This document shows positions 1 through 11,498 of a DNA stretch of 64,000 nucleotides, one piece after another. Every line of letters begins with the position of its first letter. Within the stretch, counting starts at the first letter, position 1. A program made the position numbers and the translations under genes. This stretch comes from Octopus sinensis (taxonomy: Eukaryota), in contig NC_043022.1 in the NCBI RefSeq assembly GCF_006345805.1, forward strand, positions 5,766,001-5,830,000. Direction: 5' to 3'. The notes under the pieces are model-generated. The model searched no databases and had not been told where the DNA came from. It was given only the letters and a program-made list of their open reading frames with translations.

Positions 1-98
1 CATTGTCGAGAAAAGTGGCCCCATAATGACCCCACATATGCAGTATACATATTTCTGTGTGTGTGTATATGCATGTAGAGTTTCACGTGTTTGTGTGT

Positions 99-153
<55 letters not shown>

Positions 154-302
154 CACATATATATATACATATACACACATATATATACAACATATATGTA
201 TGTATATACATACATATATATATACACACACATACATACGTACATATATATACAAACATACATAGATATACATACATATACTGTATATATATATATATAT
301 GT

Positions 303-662
303 ATAGGAGTGGCTGTGTGGTAAGTAGTTTGCTAACCAACCACACGGTTGCGGGTTCAGTCCCACTGCGTGGCATCTTGGGCAAGTGTCTTCTGCTATAG
401 ACCCGGGCCGACCAATGCCTTGTGAGTGGATTTGGTAGACGGAAACTGAAGAAGCCTGTCGTATATATGTATATGTATGTGTGGTGTGTGTTTGTGTGTC
501 TGTGTTTGTCCCCTAGCATTGCTTGACAAACCGATGCTGGTGTGTTTACGTCCCCGTCACTTAGCGGTCCAGCAAAAAAGACCGATAGAATAAGTACTAA
601 AAGGTGGTGCTCCAGCATGGCCGCAGTCAATGACCGAAACAAGTAAAAGAGTAAAAGAGAGA
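303..662 (+). mobile_element. tRNA-derived SINE, family A (CORE-like CTTGGGCAAGT block)
   Basis: A-box-like TGGCTGTGTGG, B-box-like GGTTCAGTCCC, then GGCATCTTGGGCAAGTGTCTTC, body and (AAAGAGT)n tail. Many near-identical copies in the window. Confidence 0.9.
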
Positions 663-873
663 GTATATATATATATGTTAATATATATATATATATATAT
701 ATATATACGTATATATATATATGCATAGATATATATACATACATATTATACATATACACATACATATATATATATATATAATATATATATATATATGTGT
801 GTGCGTGTGTGTGTGTGTATGTATGTATAAGTATATATGTATGTATATATATATATGTATATATATATGTATT

Positions 874-1116
874 ACTGGCACATGTAAAAACATTCGAGTG
901 AGGTCGTTGCCAGTACCACCTGACTGGCCCCCATGCTGGTGGCACTTAAAAGCACCCACTACACTCTCAGAGTGGTTGGCGTTAGGAAGGGCATCCAGCT
1001 GCAGAAACTCTGCCAGATCAAGATTGGAGCCTGGTGCAGCCTTCTGGTTCGCCAGTCCTCAGTCAAATCGTCCAACCCATGCTAGCATGGAAAGCGGACG
1101 TTAAACGATGATGATG
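874..1116 (+). mobile_element. RTE-LINE 3' end / RTE-tailed short element (family C)
   Basis: GGTTGGCGTTAGGAAGGGCATCCAGC...GGACGTTAAACGATGATG with (GAT)n tail. The upstream part matches the 3' UTR of the RTE LINE at 37.5-37.7 kb. Confidence 0.85.
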
Positions 1117-1122
1117 TATGTG

Positions 1123-1164
<42 letters not shown>

Positions 1165-1165
<1 letters not shown>

Positions 1166-1640
1166 CGTCACAGCTCATCAACCGCCCACTGATCTTACGC
1201 TTCCTCCTGTTTTGAATCTGACACTGCCTCAATCCTACTATCTCCTTCCAGTCCCCTCCACGCCTCGTAATAATCCTAACGTTTTTTATTTCTTACGACC
1301 CTGCACCAACCCTTCCTGCCATCGTTCCTCTTACCCCCCAACCTTCCCCACCCCTACCCATTCAAAGTACCCGGATCCCAAAGTACCCCCCAATCCCGTT
1401 GCCCCCCGCCGCTGGCACGTTAAAAGCTCGAACGGATCGCGACCGATGCTGGACCCCCCCGGCCCCTGTGCAGGTGGCACGTAAAAAGCACCCACTCCAC
1501 TCACGGAGTGGTTGGCGTTAGGAAGGGCATCCAGCCGTAGAAACACTGCCAGATCAGACTGGAGCCTGGAGCGGCCCCTGGCTTCCCAGACCCCGGTCGA
1601 ACCGTCCAACCCGTGCTAGCACGGAAAACGGACGTTAAAC

Positions 1641-1680
<40 letters not shown>
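1165..1680 (+). mobile_element. Family C element with C-rich 5' extension and (GAT)n tail
   Basis: Same conserved 3' block as 874-1116; CpGs intact (young); (GAT)n 1641-1680. Confidence 0.75.
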
Positions 1681-1939
1681 TTGTGTCTGGGGAGAGTGAT
1701 TCTCTTTTAGTTCCCTATAATATAACACACTCACCAGTAAAATTTCCACACATTTCCTTCTTTATTTTTCTAAAATTTTCATTGTGTTTTGCAAAGGTGA
1801 CAAGAGCACACTCAACAATGATAGCAGAAAGGCTGCAAGAAGCAACGAAAATCTTGGAAAAATAAAGAAGGAAATGAGTAGAAATTTTACCGGTAAATGT
1901 GTAGGGCACAAAATGAGAATGACTCTCCCCAGACACAAC
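1680..1939. mobile_element. Fold-back element with about 100-bp imperfect inverted arms
   Basis: Left arm GTTGTGTCTGGGGAGAGTGATTCTC...CATTTCCTTCTTTATTTTTC is the reverse complement of the right arm GAAAAATAAAGAAGGAAATG...GAATGACTCTCCCCAGACACAAC. Confidence 0.8.
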
Positions 1940-2015
1940 AGAATATGCTTCAACACACGAACTCACATAAAGAATCTTGCAAACCAAATCCAAAAACAAA
2001 ATACATATATATATA

Positions 2016-2306
2016 TCACGTGATTGACCAGGCCATCAGATGTTGCTACACATCACTGGTCACAATGCGTTCGCATTGTTTTAGCCTTCAAATGACGCCA
2101 CCCCGCTGGCTAAGCGAGCAGGCCAACAGAAGAAAGAATGAGAGAAAGAGTGGTGAAAGAGTACAGCAGGGACCACCACTCCCTGCCGGAGCCTCGTGGA
2201 ACTTTTAGGTGTTTTCGCTCAATAAACACACACAACACCCGGTCTGGGAATCGAAACCGCGATCCTACGACCGCTGCCCTAACCACTGGGCCATTGCGCC
2301 TCCACA
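2016..2306 (-). mobile_element. tRNA-derived SINE family B (alternative-tail subfamily)
   Basis: Reverse complement of GGAGGCGCAATGGCCCAGTGGTTAGGGCAGCGG head. Tail shared with the copy at 58279-58591. Confidence 0.85.
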
Positions 2307-2398
2307 ACACATATATATCTATATATATATATATATATATATACATACATACATACATATACACATATATTATACATACACACACATATATGCCATGA

Positions 2399-2588
2399 TA
2401 GATCATTAGCTCCTACATGCATTTTTTTCTTTCCTTGTTTTTTTTTCTGTGTATCTTTCTGTTGAAGAGCGTAGGCTCAAAACATAAAAGACTTTCTCTA
2501 TTTCTATTCCTGAGTGCTATACTTATACATTTGTTTGTTTGTACTACCACCTGCCTTCGTCTTTTGTTATTTTCGTAAACTTTCCCTT
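2399..2588 (+). mobile_element. Short dispersed element (probably Penelope-like-derived) with decayed hammerhead fold
   Basis: Homologous to 43594-43767 and 43791-43971. Contains TCTTT CTGTTGA A GAGC-GTAG-GCTC AAAA CAT A AAAGA at 2454-2491. Confidence 0.7.
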
Positions 2589-2633
2589 TATATATACATA
2601 CATATATATATACATACATATACATACATATAT

Positions 2634-2680
<47 letters not shown>

Positions 2681-2694
2681 TACACATACATATA

Positions 2695-4215
2695 CAGGTG
2701 TCCATAAAGTCTCTTTACAATTTTAAAGATTTATTACAAAGGCAATTGATGGATATTTTATCAGATTTGTTCCATGTACCCAGTGGTTATGAAAGCTTTT
2801 AACCACATTGCATTTTATGTTTTGCAGGTACCCTGATGATGGAAATGGTTTTGTTAAATGAAACCTTTAAAAAAATGGCTACTCCTCAAGAATAGACACA
2901 ATGTGTATCGTGATTTATTGAAACAAAATCGGACATGCAGACCCACTGACTCTACAGAATTAAGTATGGAATACATCCAGCATCCCGTCCGTCAATTCGT
3001 GCATGGCACAAGAAATTTATGGAAAGATGAACAGTGCTGGAGAAAGGGAGGAGTGGACGACCAAAATTATCTGAGGAAAATATTGATTGTATTAGACAAG
3101 CCTCTGTTAGTTCTCCTACAAAGTCCATACGTACTGCTGCCAGACAGTTATAGCTACCACATTCAATAGTGCACAAAGTCCTCTTACAAAGTGCAACTCT
3201 TAGAGGCACTCGAACCAAATGATAAACCAAGAGGAAAAGTGTTTGCAGTTAACATGTTGGAACAAATTTCTAAGTATTCAGCATTCCTCACCTGAGTTTC
3301 TTTTAGTGATAAGGCAACCTTACCTGTTTCAAGGAAACTGAACACACTGAACTGGTGATCAGAACATCTCCATGTAACTAGGGAACTTCACCAAGCAAGT
3401 CCAAAGGTGAACGTCTGGTGTGGGGTGATGTCCATTTTTCTTCACACAGAGATCAATTTGTGCCAATGTTTACCATGACCATTTGACTGAATATGTGACA
3501 CCACAACTGGACTACCTTCAACCAACCAACCATCATTTTCCAGCAGGAAGGTGAACCACCATATTGAGAACTGCATGTTCATGGGTTCCTAAATCAAATA
3601 TTTCCAGACTGGTGGATTGGAAGGGATGCCTCAATTCCCTGACTTCCTCGTTCCCCAGATATCACTCCTCTGGACGTCTTTCTATGGAGTTATGTTAAAG
3701 ACATTGTGTATTGATCAAAGATAGAGAACATTAATAACTTAACCCCTTACCCGGCAGAAACGAATATATAGGTTTTGACCGAAATCGTTTTTTTCTATCT
3801 CTGGCAAGTTAACTCATCAAAAGATAGACTCGCCAAATTGACAGCAAACGAGTTCCTTCATCTAAAACGGGTTAACTCGTTTCTGCTCCAAAGCGGTAAT
3901 TTAAAATCAATATTATTGAATTAAAATTCATAATAAATAAGGTTTGAAATATACCTCGAAATCACCATTCACAACATAGTAAAATAAAACAATTAAAAAA
4001 TAGGTCTGAAAAAATACATTTATTTTCAAAATAATTGTTGGGTAAGGGGTCAAAGCAAAAGATCCCTGAATTCCAAAGTCACCATTGATAAGTCTATGCT
4101 ACAGCAAACATGGCAAAAACTTGATTACCGTTTTGATGTGCTTCTTGCACCTAATGGTGCCCTTATAGAGGCGTTTTAAATGAAGCAAAACAAACTTCAA
4201 TGTCTTCTCCTCATT
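2695..4215 (+). pseudogene. Decayed Tc1/mariner-superfamily transposon (transposase pseudogene) interrupted by a MITE
   Basis: TA + CAGGTGTCCATAAAGTCTC left end. Frame-broken translation from 2875: MATPQE..., RPSIRAWHKKF, SPKVNVWCG, IFQQEG, WIGRD, PRSPDITPLDVFLWSYVKDIVY. Many stops and frameshifts; right TIR not found. Confidence 0.85.
3743..4049. mobile_element. piggyBac-type MITE
   Basis: TIR CCCCTTACCC / GGGTAAGGGG; flanks TTAA (3739-3742) and TCAA (4050-4053). Removing it restores the host transposase frame. Confidence 0.85.
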
Positions 4216-4224
4216 TTGTGCCAG

Positions 4225-4485
4225 TGTACAGGTGACACGTAAAAAAGACCCATGATTTCTTGTGACTGGCCAGTACTGCCTAACTGGCCCTCATGCCGGT
4301 GCATGTAATAAAAGCACCACTACACTATTGGAGTGGTTGGCGTTAGGAAGGGCATCAGCTGTAGAAACTCTGCCAAATCAAGATTGGAGCTTGGTGCAGG
4401 GCATCTGGTTCGCCCAGTCTCAGTCAAATCATCCAACCCATGAGCATGGAAAGCAGACATTAAACGACGATCGTGATGATGATTA
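4225..4485 (+). mobile_element. Family C (RTE 3' end)
   Basis: GGTTGGCGTTAGGAAGGGCATC block and GAT-rich tail. Confidence 0.8.
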
Positions 4486-4550
4486 TATCATATATATATT
4501 ACATATTATTATATATATATATATATATTATATATATATATATTACATAG

Positions 4551-4587
<37 letters not shown>

Positions 4588-4692
4588 CATATATATATAT
4601 ACATATATATTACATACATGCATATATACATAATTATGTATAATATATATATATAATATATAATACACATATATATATATATATATAATATA

Positions 4693-4835
4693 GTGTGAAA
4701 AACTGCAAAGTAGAAAGAGTACTGTACTGTATATTCATTTTATTATAAATGCAAAACACCACCATGGAGGAACCGACGTAAGCTTAAATAATAAACTGCA
4801 AAAGGTGAACCACAACATGGCGAGGGATTACTGTA
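4693..4835. mobile_element. pogo/Tigger-like DNA transposon end fragment
   Basis: GGTGAACCACAACATGGCGAGGGATTACTG followed by TA resembles a Tigger-type TIR (CAGTAATCCCTCG...). Other end not seen. Confidence 0.5.
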
Positions 4836-5747
4836 GATGTTTAAACGGAGTTAACACCCTCCATGTGTTTCTGACTGGCTAAATTCTGTCTTTCATGCTG
4901 CAATCGCCTTAGTTTCAGCAGACAATCTCAGATCAAAACGCCATGCAAATACATTGCCAAAATATTTAAACGAGGAACACTTTTTTTTTTTAATAATAAT
5001 TGTCTGAAATGTAAATTTCCAATAACTTCACATAATTCTAATAAATTCATATACATCCAGGGGGACATCAATCAACATGTTCCTGGCTTTTGTTTTGGTT
5101 TTCTTCCAAGAAGGATTGTCGGAAGGAAGCCAAAGGGATTTGCTGACATGCGAAATTCCATTAATATCAGCACCGCTGCTGGTGATGGTGGTGACGATGG
5201 CGATGATGGTATTGGTGGCGTTGGCAATGGCTGAAGCCTTGAGAATAGGCAGAGTTTTGGAACGGCGATAATCAATGAGACCAAATTAGGTAGATTAATA
5301 ATGTTGGTTATTATTAATAATATCATTAAACCGATTCTATAACTGGAAATGCTGGGATTCCAAAAAAAGGAGGAAAGTTACCATTTTCTTTTTTTTATAG
5401 TCTAATTGTTAACTGAGTCTAGAATATGTTTGCTAATTATTGCTAATTCCGTTTTTAATAAACCTGCATTTAGGGTTACTAAACATGCACACATGTGTGT
5501 GTGCACACACACACAGATGCACATACACATACACACATGCAGAGAGACATGCATAAAATCTACACACACATAGAAAACACATACACACATGAAACATGCA
5601 CAGACACGCACATACACACACACACACACACACTCCAGACATACAGACACACAGTTCCACATGAAAGATGGTTTTAATTTAAAGGCTGAAAAAGAAGGGA
5701 AAAAAAAAGACGAATCACACAAGACAGAAGCGAAAACATTACAGAAT

Positions 5748-6157
5748 AGGTGCAGGAGTGGCTGTGGGTGTGGTAAGTAGCTTGCTTACCAACCACATGG
5801 TTCCGGGTTCAGTCCCACTGCATGGCATCTTGGGCAAGTGTCTTCTGCTATAGCCCCGGGCTGACCAATGCCTTGCGAGTGGATTTGGTAGACGGAAACT
5901 GAAAGAAGCCTGTTGTATGTGTATATATATATATATATATGTGTGTTTGTGTGTCTGTGTTTGTCCCTCTAGCATTGCTTGACAACCGATGCTGGTGTGT
6001 TTACGTCCCCGTCACTTAGCGGTTCGGCAAAAGAGACCGATAGAATAAGTACTGGGCTTACAAAGAATAAGTCCCGGAGTCTATTTGCTCGACTAAAGGC
6101 GGTGCTCCAGCATGGCCGCAGTCAAATGACTGAAACAAGTAAAAGAGTAAAGAGTAA
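5748..6157 (+). mobile_element. SINE family A, full length
   Basis: Complete head, body and tail matching other A copies. Confidence 0.9.
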
Positions 6158-6467
6158 TATGGTGGAAGGGTTTTATTGTGAATAGTTCTTGAAGAATCTC
6201 TAAAAAAAGTTGCAAGACTTTGAAATGGCAGTACCATAGCAGAACTTACACATGCACACACACACACACATTGTGTAATTTTGGAATTTGGTTCAATCGA
6301 AATGGACAACTTTCTAATTTTGTACTCAATACATGACGCAAGAATTAAGCTTTAGGGATGGCACAACAACCTTTTGATCAGCAGATACATTCATTTACAC
6401 ACACAATACTACCACCATCATCATCATTATCTGAAGGCACATATATATATATATAGGTACATATATA

Positions 6468-6527
<60 letters not shown>

Positions 6528-6599
6528 GTAAAATGTATTGATCCGTGATAGAAATTCAACAAAAATGTATTCCATCTGGTGAGAGATAGATATTATTTA

Positions 6600-6870
6600 A
6601 TTAAAGGCCCAATACATTAATTAAAGTAATTAAGTGCAACTAATAGTTTCATATGTTGAGAAATACTTCAAGCATATTCTTCAGGTGCAAACCACATAAT
6701 CCGTTATGATATGTGGTATTCACCTGAAGAATATGTTGGAGATATTTCTCAACCTAGAAAGTGTTTACATTTGTATGATTTTTCTATGAGTGTGTTTACT
6801 AGGGGAACCTTCGAAACATATGTCGAGAGTAAAGGAATTTTGATAACATCTTCGTTCGACTCCATTCTTC
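6600..6870. mobile_element. Penelope-like remnant with inverted arms and decayed hammerhead motifs
   Basis: Inverted repeat about 6651-6700 vs 6707-6752, each arm carrying CACCTGAAGAATATG; GAAACATATGTC at 6813-6824. Confidence 0.55.
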
Positions 6871-6888
6871 ATTTATTTATATATATAC

Positions 6889-7052
6889 AACAGGCTTCTT
6901 TCAGTTTCTGTCTTCCAAATCCACTCTCAAGGGTTTGGTCGGCCTGGGGCTATGGAAGAAGATCCTTGCTCAAGCTGCCACACCGTGAGACTGAACTCAG
7001 AATTATATGGTTGGGGAGCAAGCTTCTTAATCCCCACGGCCATGCCTGTATC
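6889..7052 (-). mobile_element. SINE family A, 5' half
   Basis: Reverse-complement head and CORE-like block. Confidence 0.8.
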
Positions 7053-7054
7053 CT

Positions 7055-7103
<49 letters not shown>

Positions 7104-7429
7104 CACACACACAAAATTAATATAAATGTGATAAAGGAAAAATTCAAATGTACTAAGTATCACTGAGGGTGCTGAAGCACCCATATTGCTAGAAATAAAA
7201 GTTAAAATACTCTCAATGCTGTTAGAAGAGCGAAAATGTATACACACATCACAACAGGGTAGGTAGCTGCCCCATGGCCGACACGAAAATTCCTAGATTA
7301 GACATCTAGTTTTGCCTATTCTACAGGCATCGTCAGTGGGGACTGCTGGAACGGCACATGCTCGGTTAATTCTGCTTATCGGCGTATATGTATTTACCAT
7401 AAAAATTATTGGATGATGTTTGCATGTAA

Positions 7430-7469
<40 letters not shown>

Positions 7470-7974
7470 CACTTGGGTATGGATTTCTGCTTCTATTTGT
7501 TCCAGCGAACCCAATCATATATAGTGGGTACTTTGAATTTTTTTATCTTTGGAAGGGTTACCTTAAAGAAAGAGTTTAGATAAAGATGCTTTGAAAGGTA
7601 AAGGAAGTGAAGAATATTTGAGAGGAATTCAGAAGCTGTTATGGAACATTACCCGGAAGAGGTTCCACCACTCTGTGAAATTGGAAATGGATGTATATTC
7701 CACGCTTGAATCAAAATAATTCCAAAGGTCCAAAATATATATAATCCATGAAGAAAATTTCTTTACCTTTCCAATAAATATTTCAGATTTGAGGTGGAAG
7801 GATTAAAAGATCTTGGATCAATTTCAATTATGGGAATTCCAGGTGTTCAGTCAATGGATCAACCTGTTTCAACACTGGATCAATATTCAGCAACACACAT
7901 GTAGCACTAATATAATCCCCAGGTACACATGGGGGGGGGGAGAAACATGCAAGAATGGAGTGACATAGAATTAT

Positions 7975-8050
7975 GCATGCATGTGTGTGTGTGTGTGTGG
8001 TGTTGTATGTTATGTATGTATGTATGTATGTATGGATGTGTATGTATGTA

Positions 8051-8087
<37 letters not shown>

Positions 8088-9345
8088 ATGTATGTATGTA
8101 TGTATGTATGTATGTGTGTATGTATGTATGTATGTATGTATGTATGGATGTGTATGTATGTATGTGTGTGTATGTATGTATGTGTGTGTGTATGTATGTA
8201 TGTATGTATGTATGTATGGATGTGTATGTATGTATGTATGTGTGTGTGTATGTATGTATGTATGTATGTATGTATGTATGTATGTATGGAGGATTGTGTA
8301 TGGATGTATGTATGTGTATGTATGTATGTATGTATGTATGGATGTGTATGTATGTATGTATGTGTGTGTGTATGTATGTATGTGGTGTGTGTGTATGTAT
8401 GTATGTATGTATGTATGTATGGATGTGTATGTATGTATGATGTATGTATGTATGTATGTATGTATGTATGTATGGATGTGTATGGATGTATGTATGTGTA
8501 TGTATGTATGTATGTGTTGTGATGTATGTATGTATGTATGTATGTATGGATGTGGATGTAGTATGTATGTGTGTGTATGTATGATGTAATGTATGTATGA
8601 TGTATGTCTGTATGTATGTATGTATGTATGTATGTATGTAGTATGTATGTATGTATGTATGTATGGATGTGTAATGTATGTATGTAATGGTGTGTGGTAT
8701 GTATGTATGTGTGTGTGTATGTATGTATGTATGTTGTATGTATGGATGTGGTGTATGGTATGTATGTGTGTGTGTAATGATGTATGTATGTATGTATGTA
8801 TGTATTTATGTATGTATGTATGTATTATGTATGTATGTATATGTATGTATGAATGTATGTATGAATGGGTGTATGTATGTATGTATGTATTTATGTATGA
8901 TGTGTGTATGTATGTATGTATGTATGTAGTGATGTATGTATGTGTGTGTGTATGTATGTATGTATGTATGTGTGTGTGTATGTATGTATGTATGTATGTA
9001 TGTATGTATGGATGTGTATGTATGTATGTGTGTGTGTATGTATGTATGTATGTATATATGTATGTATGTATGTATGTATGGATGTGTATGTATGTATGTA
9101 TGTGTGTGTGTATGTATGTATGTATGTATGTGTGTATGTATGTATGTGTATGTATGTATGTATGTATATGTATGTATGTATGTATGTAAGTATGTATGTA
9201 TATGTATGTATGTATGTAAGTATGTATGTATGTACATATGTACATATGTATGTATGTGTGTGTGTATGTATGTATGTAAGTATGTATGTATGTATGTATG
9301 TATGTAAGTATGTATGTGTCTGTCTATCAATCTATTTACCTATCT
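7975..9345. repeat. Compound (ATGT)n/(GT)n microsatellite, about 1.4 kb
   Basis: Direct reading. Source of the YVCM/IHTY pseudo-ORFs. Confidence 0.98.
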
Positions 9346-9429
9346 ATCTAGCTATATAGATAGATAGATAGATAGATAGATATTTATGTATGTATGTATG
9401 TATATATATATGTATATATATATATATAC

Positions 9430-9655
9430 ACAAAGAGATGCTGAAAAGTTCTTGGCTTTGGGTAAAAGAAAAGAAAAGGATGAGGATCAGTTAATTATGA
9501 TTTCATTAAACATATTCCCCTCCTCTCAGAGTCACACACTTATTGCAGTGGCCCTTCAGTTTTTCTAAGCCCTGTAAAAGAACTCAGAAGGTTGGGCCTC
9601 CAACCAAGCCTTTCAGACTACCCTTAAAGCCAGGAACATTTCAGCACCCCCTTGT
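9430..9655. mobile_element. Tc1/mariner-type MITE
   Basis: Imperfect TIRs ATGCTGAAAAGTTCTTGGCTTT / AAAGCCAGGAACATTTCAGCAC. Second, opposite-orientation partial copy at 27770-27925. Confidence 0.8.
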
Positions 9656-9692
9656 GTGTATGTATATCTTTATCTATATTTATGTCTGTCTG

Positions 9693-9772
<80 letters not shown>

Positions 9773-9849
9773 TTATCTATCTATCTCTGTCATCATTTCT
9801 CTGAACCACCCCTCCCCACTGGTGCTTCCCTATATTTCTGCACCCCCCC

Positions 9850-10100
9850 CCACATAAAAAGCACCATCCGAACGTGGCCGATGCCAGAACCCTCTGGCAC
9901 CTGTGCGTTGGCACGTAAAAAAACACCCACTACACTCGCGGAGTGGTTGGCGTTAGGAAGGGGCATCCAGCTGTAGAAACACTGCCAGACTAGACTGGAG
10001 CCTGGGGCAGTCCCGAGCTCCCCAGACCCCGGTCGAAACCGTCCAACCCGTGCTAGCGCGGAAAACGGACGTTAAACGATGATGATGATGATGATGATGA
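9850..10100 (+). mobile_element. Family C (RTE 3' end), young
   Basis: Conserved block plus (GAT)n tail. Confidence 0.85.
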
Positions 10101-10117
10101 TATATATATATATATAT

Positions 10118-10455
10118 TATATTAAATTAGAGACAAAACCACTATTATGCAAATCAAACAAAGAAAGACTTAAGCTTTAAACTATGAACTCATAGTTTAA
10201 AACTTGCAAAGAAGGTTTTGAAACCACCTGAAGAATGTCTCATAGAAGTGCTGACACGAAACGATCGTAGTGGTTATTTTAATTAAATTTAATTTATATA
10301 AATTATTTTATGTATTGGCTTAAGTCTTTCTTTGTTTGATTTGCATAATAGTGGTTTTGTCTCTAATTTAATATAATATAAATTTTACTATAAAATTGGA
10401 TTCAATCCTAAATCTTATTTTTTCCTGTAAATTTGGATTATTCCCTAATATTTAT

Positions 10456-10460
<5 letters not shown>
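10118..10460 (+). mobile_element. Penelope-like-derived element with perfect 58-bp inverted arms
   Basis: 10118-10175 is the exact reverse complement of 10318-10375. 3' flank shared with the copy at 13211-13490. Hammerhead fold between the arms. Confidence 0.75.
10222..10275 (+). ncRNA. Minimal type I hammerhead ribozyme (canonical core)
   Basis: Stem I AACCAC/GTGGTT; CTGAAGA; stem II TGTC/GACA with A.C at 10.1:11.1; GAAA; palindromic stem III ACGATCGT; GUA triplet. Confidence 0.75.
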
Positions 10461-10500
<40 letters not shown>

Positions 10501-10579
10501 ACACACACCACACCACATACACACACCACACCCAGATATATTATATATATATATATATCTGTGCATATATGTATCTTTA

Positions 10580-10617
<38 letters not shown>

Positions 10618-10645
10618 CATATATATCTTAATCTGTATGTATATC

Positions 10646-10694
<49 letters not shown>

Positions 10695-11065
10695 ATCTAT
10701 ATATATATACATACATATATATCTTTATATCTATCTATCTATCTATATCTATATATATATATACACACACATATACAGCCTTTACTATCTATATCTCTCT
10801 CTCTCCTATATGTATATATATTCTCTCTTTTCCTGTTTTTGGTTTACTAGTTTCAATCACTGGACTGTGCACATGCTGGAGCAGTGTCTTGAAGGATTCA
10901 ATCAAACAAACTGACCCCTTTTACTTACTTTTTGAGGCCTAGTATTTATTCTGTCAGTCTCGTTTTGCTGAGTTGTTAAGTTTCTTGGGCATAAACAAAT
11001 CACTGGTTGGAGGCACCATTACAATAAAAAATCCCCAAACATAAATATATATATATACACACACA

Positions 11066-11478
11066 GAATCGGATCAGAATCGAAATCGTTCAATGGAAAT
11101 TGCAGATGGTTACCAGCGCCAGTGGCATGTAAGAGAACCTTCCGTTTCGCGACCGTTGCCAGCGCCGCCCCAAACTGGCCTCGTGCCGGTGGCACGTAAA
11201 AAGACACCATCCGTTCGTGTCCGTTGCCAGCCCGCCTGGCCCCCGTGCCGGTGGCACATAAAAAGCACCATCCGTTCGGGCCGTTTTGCCAGCTCTGTCT
11301 GGCACCTGTGCGGGTGGCACGTAAAAAGCACCCACTACACTCACGGAGTGGTTGGCGTTAGGAAGGGCATCCAGCCGTAGAAACACTGCCAGATCAGACT
11401 GGGCTTGATGAAGCCTTCTGGCTTCACAGACCCCAGTTGGAAAACGGACGCTAAACGATGATGATGATGATGATGACA
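11066..11478 (+). mobile_element. Family C (RTE 3' UTR), long copy
   Basis: Internal GGCAC(G/A)TAAAAAGCACC repeats, conserved block, (GAT)n tail. Confidence 0.85.
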
Positions 11479-11498
11479 CACACACACACATATATATC

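Noticed and set aside
4900-4945. Minus-strand CTGAGA...GAAAC
   Set aside because: Core one base short and no coherent stems I or III.
5060-5290. Exon-like unique sequence with short ORFs on both strands
   Set aside because: Every candidate frame lacks either splice boundaries or recognisable homology; cannot call.
7520-7920. Possible very old LINE coding relic
   Set aside because: Only faint resemblance (LLNIDP...) amid many stops; not supportable by eye.
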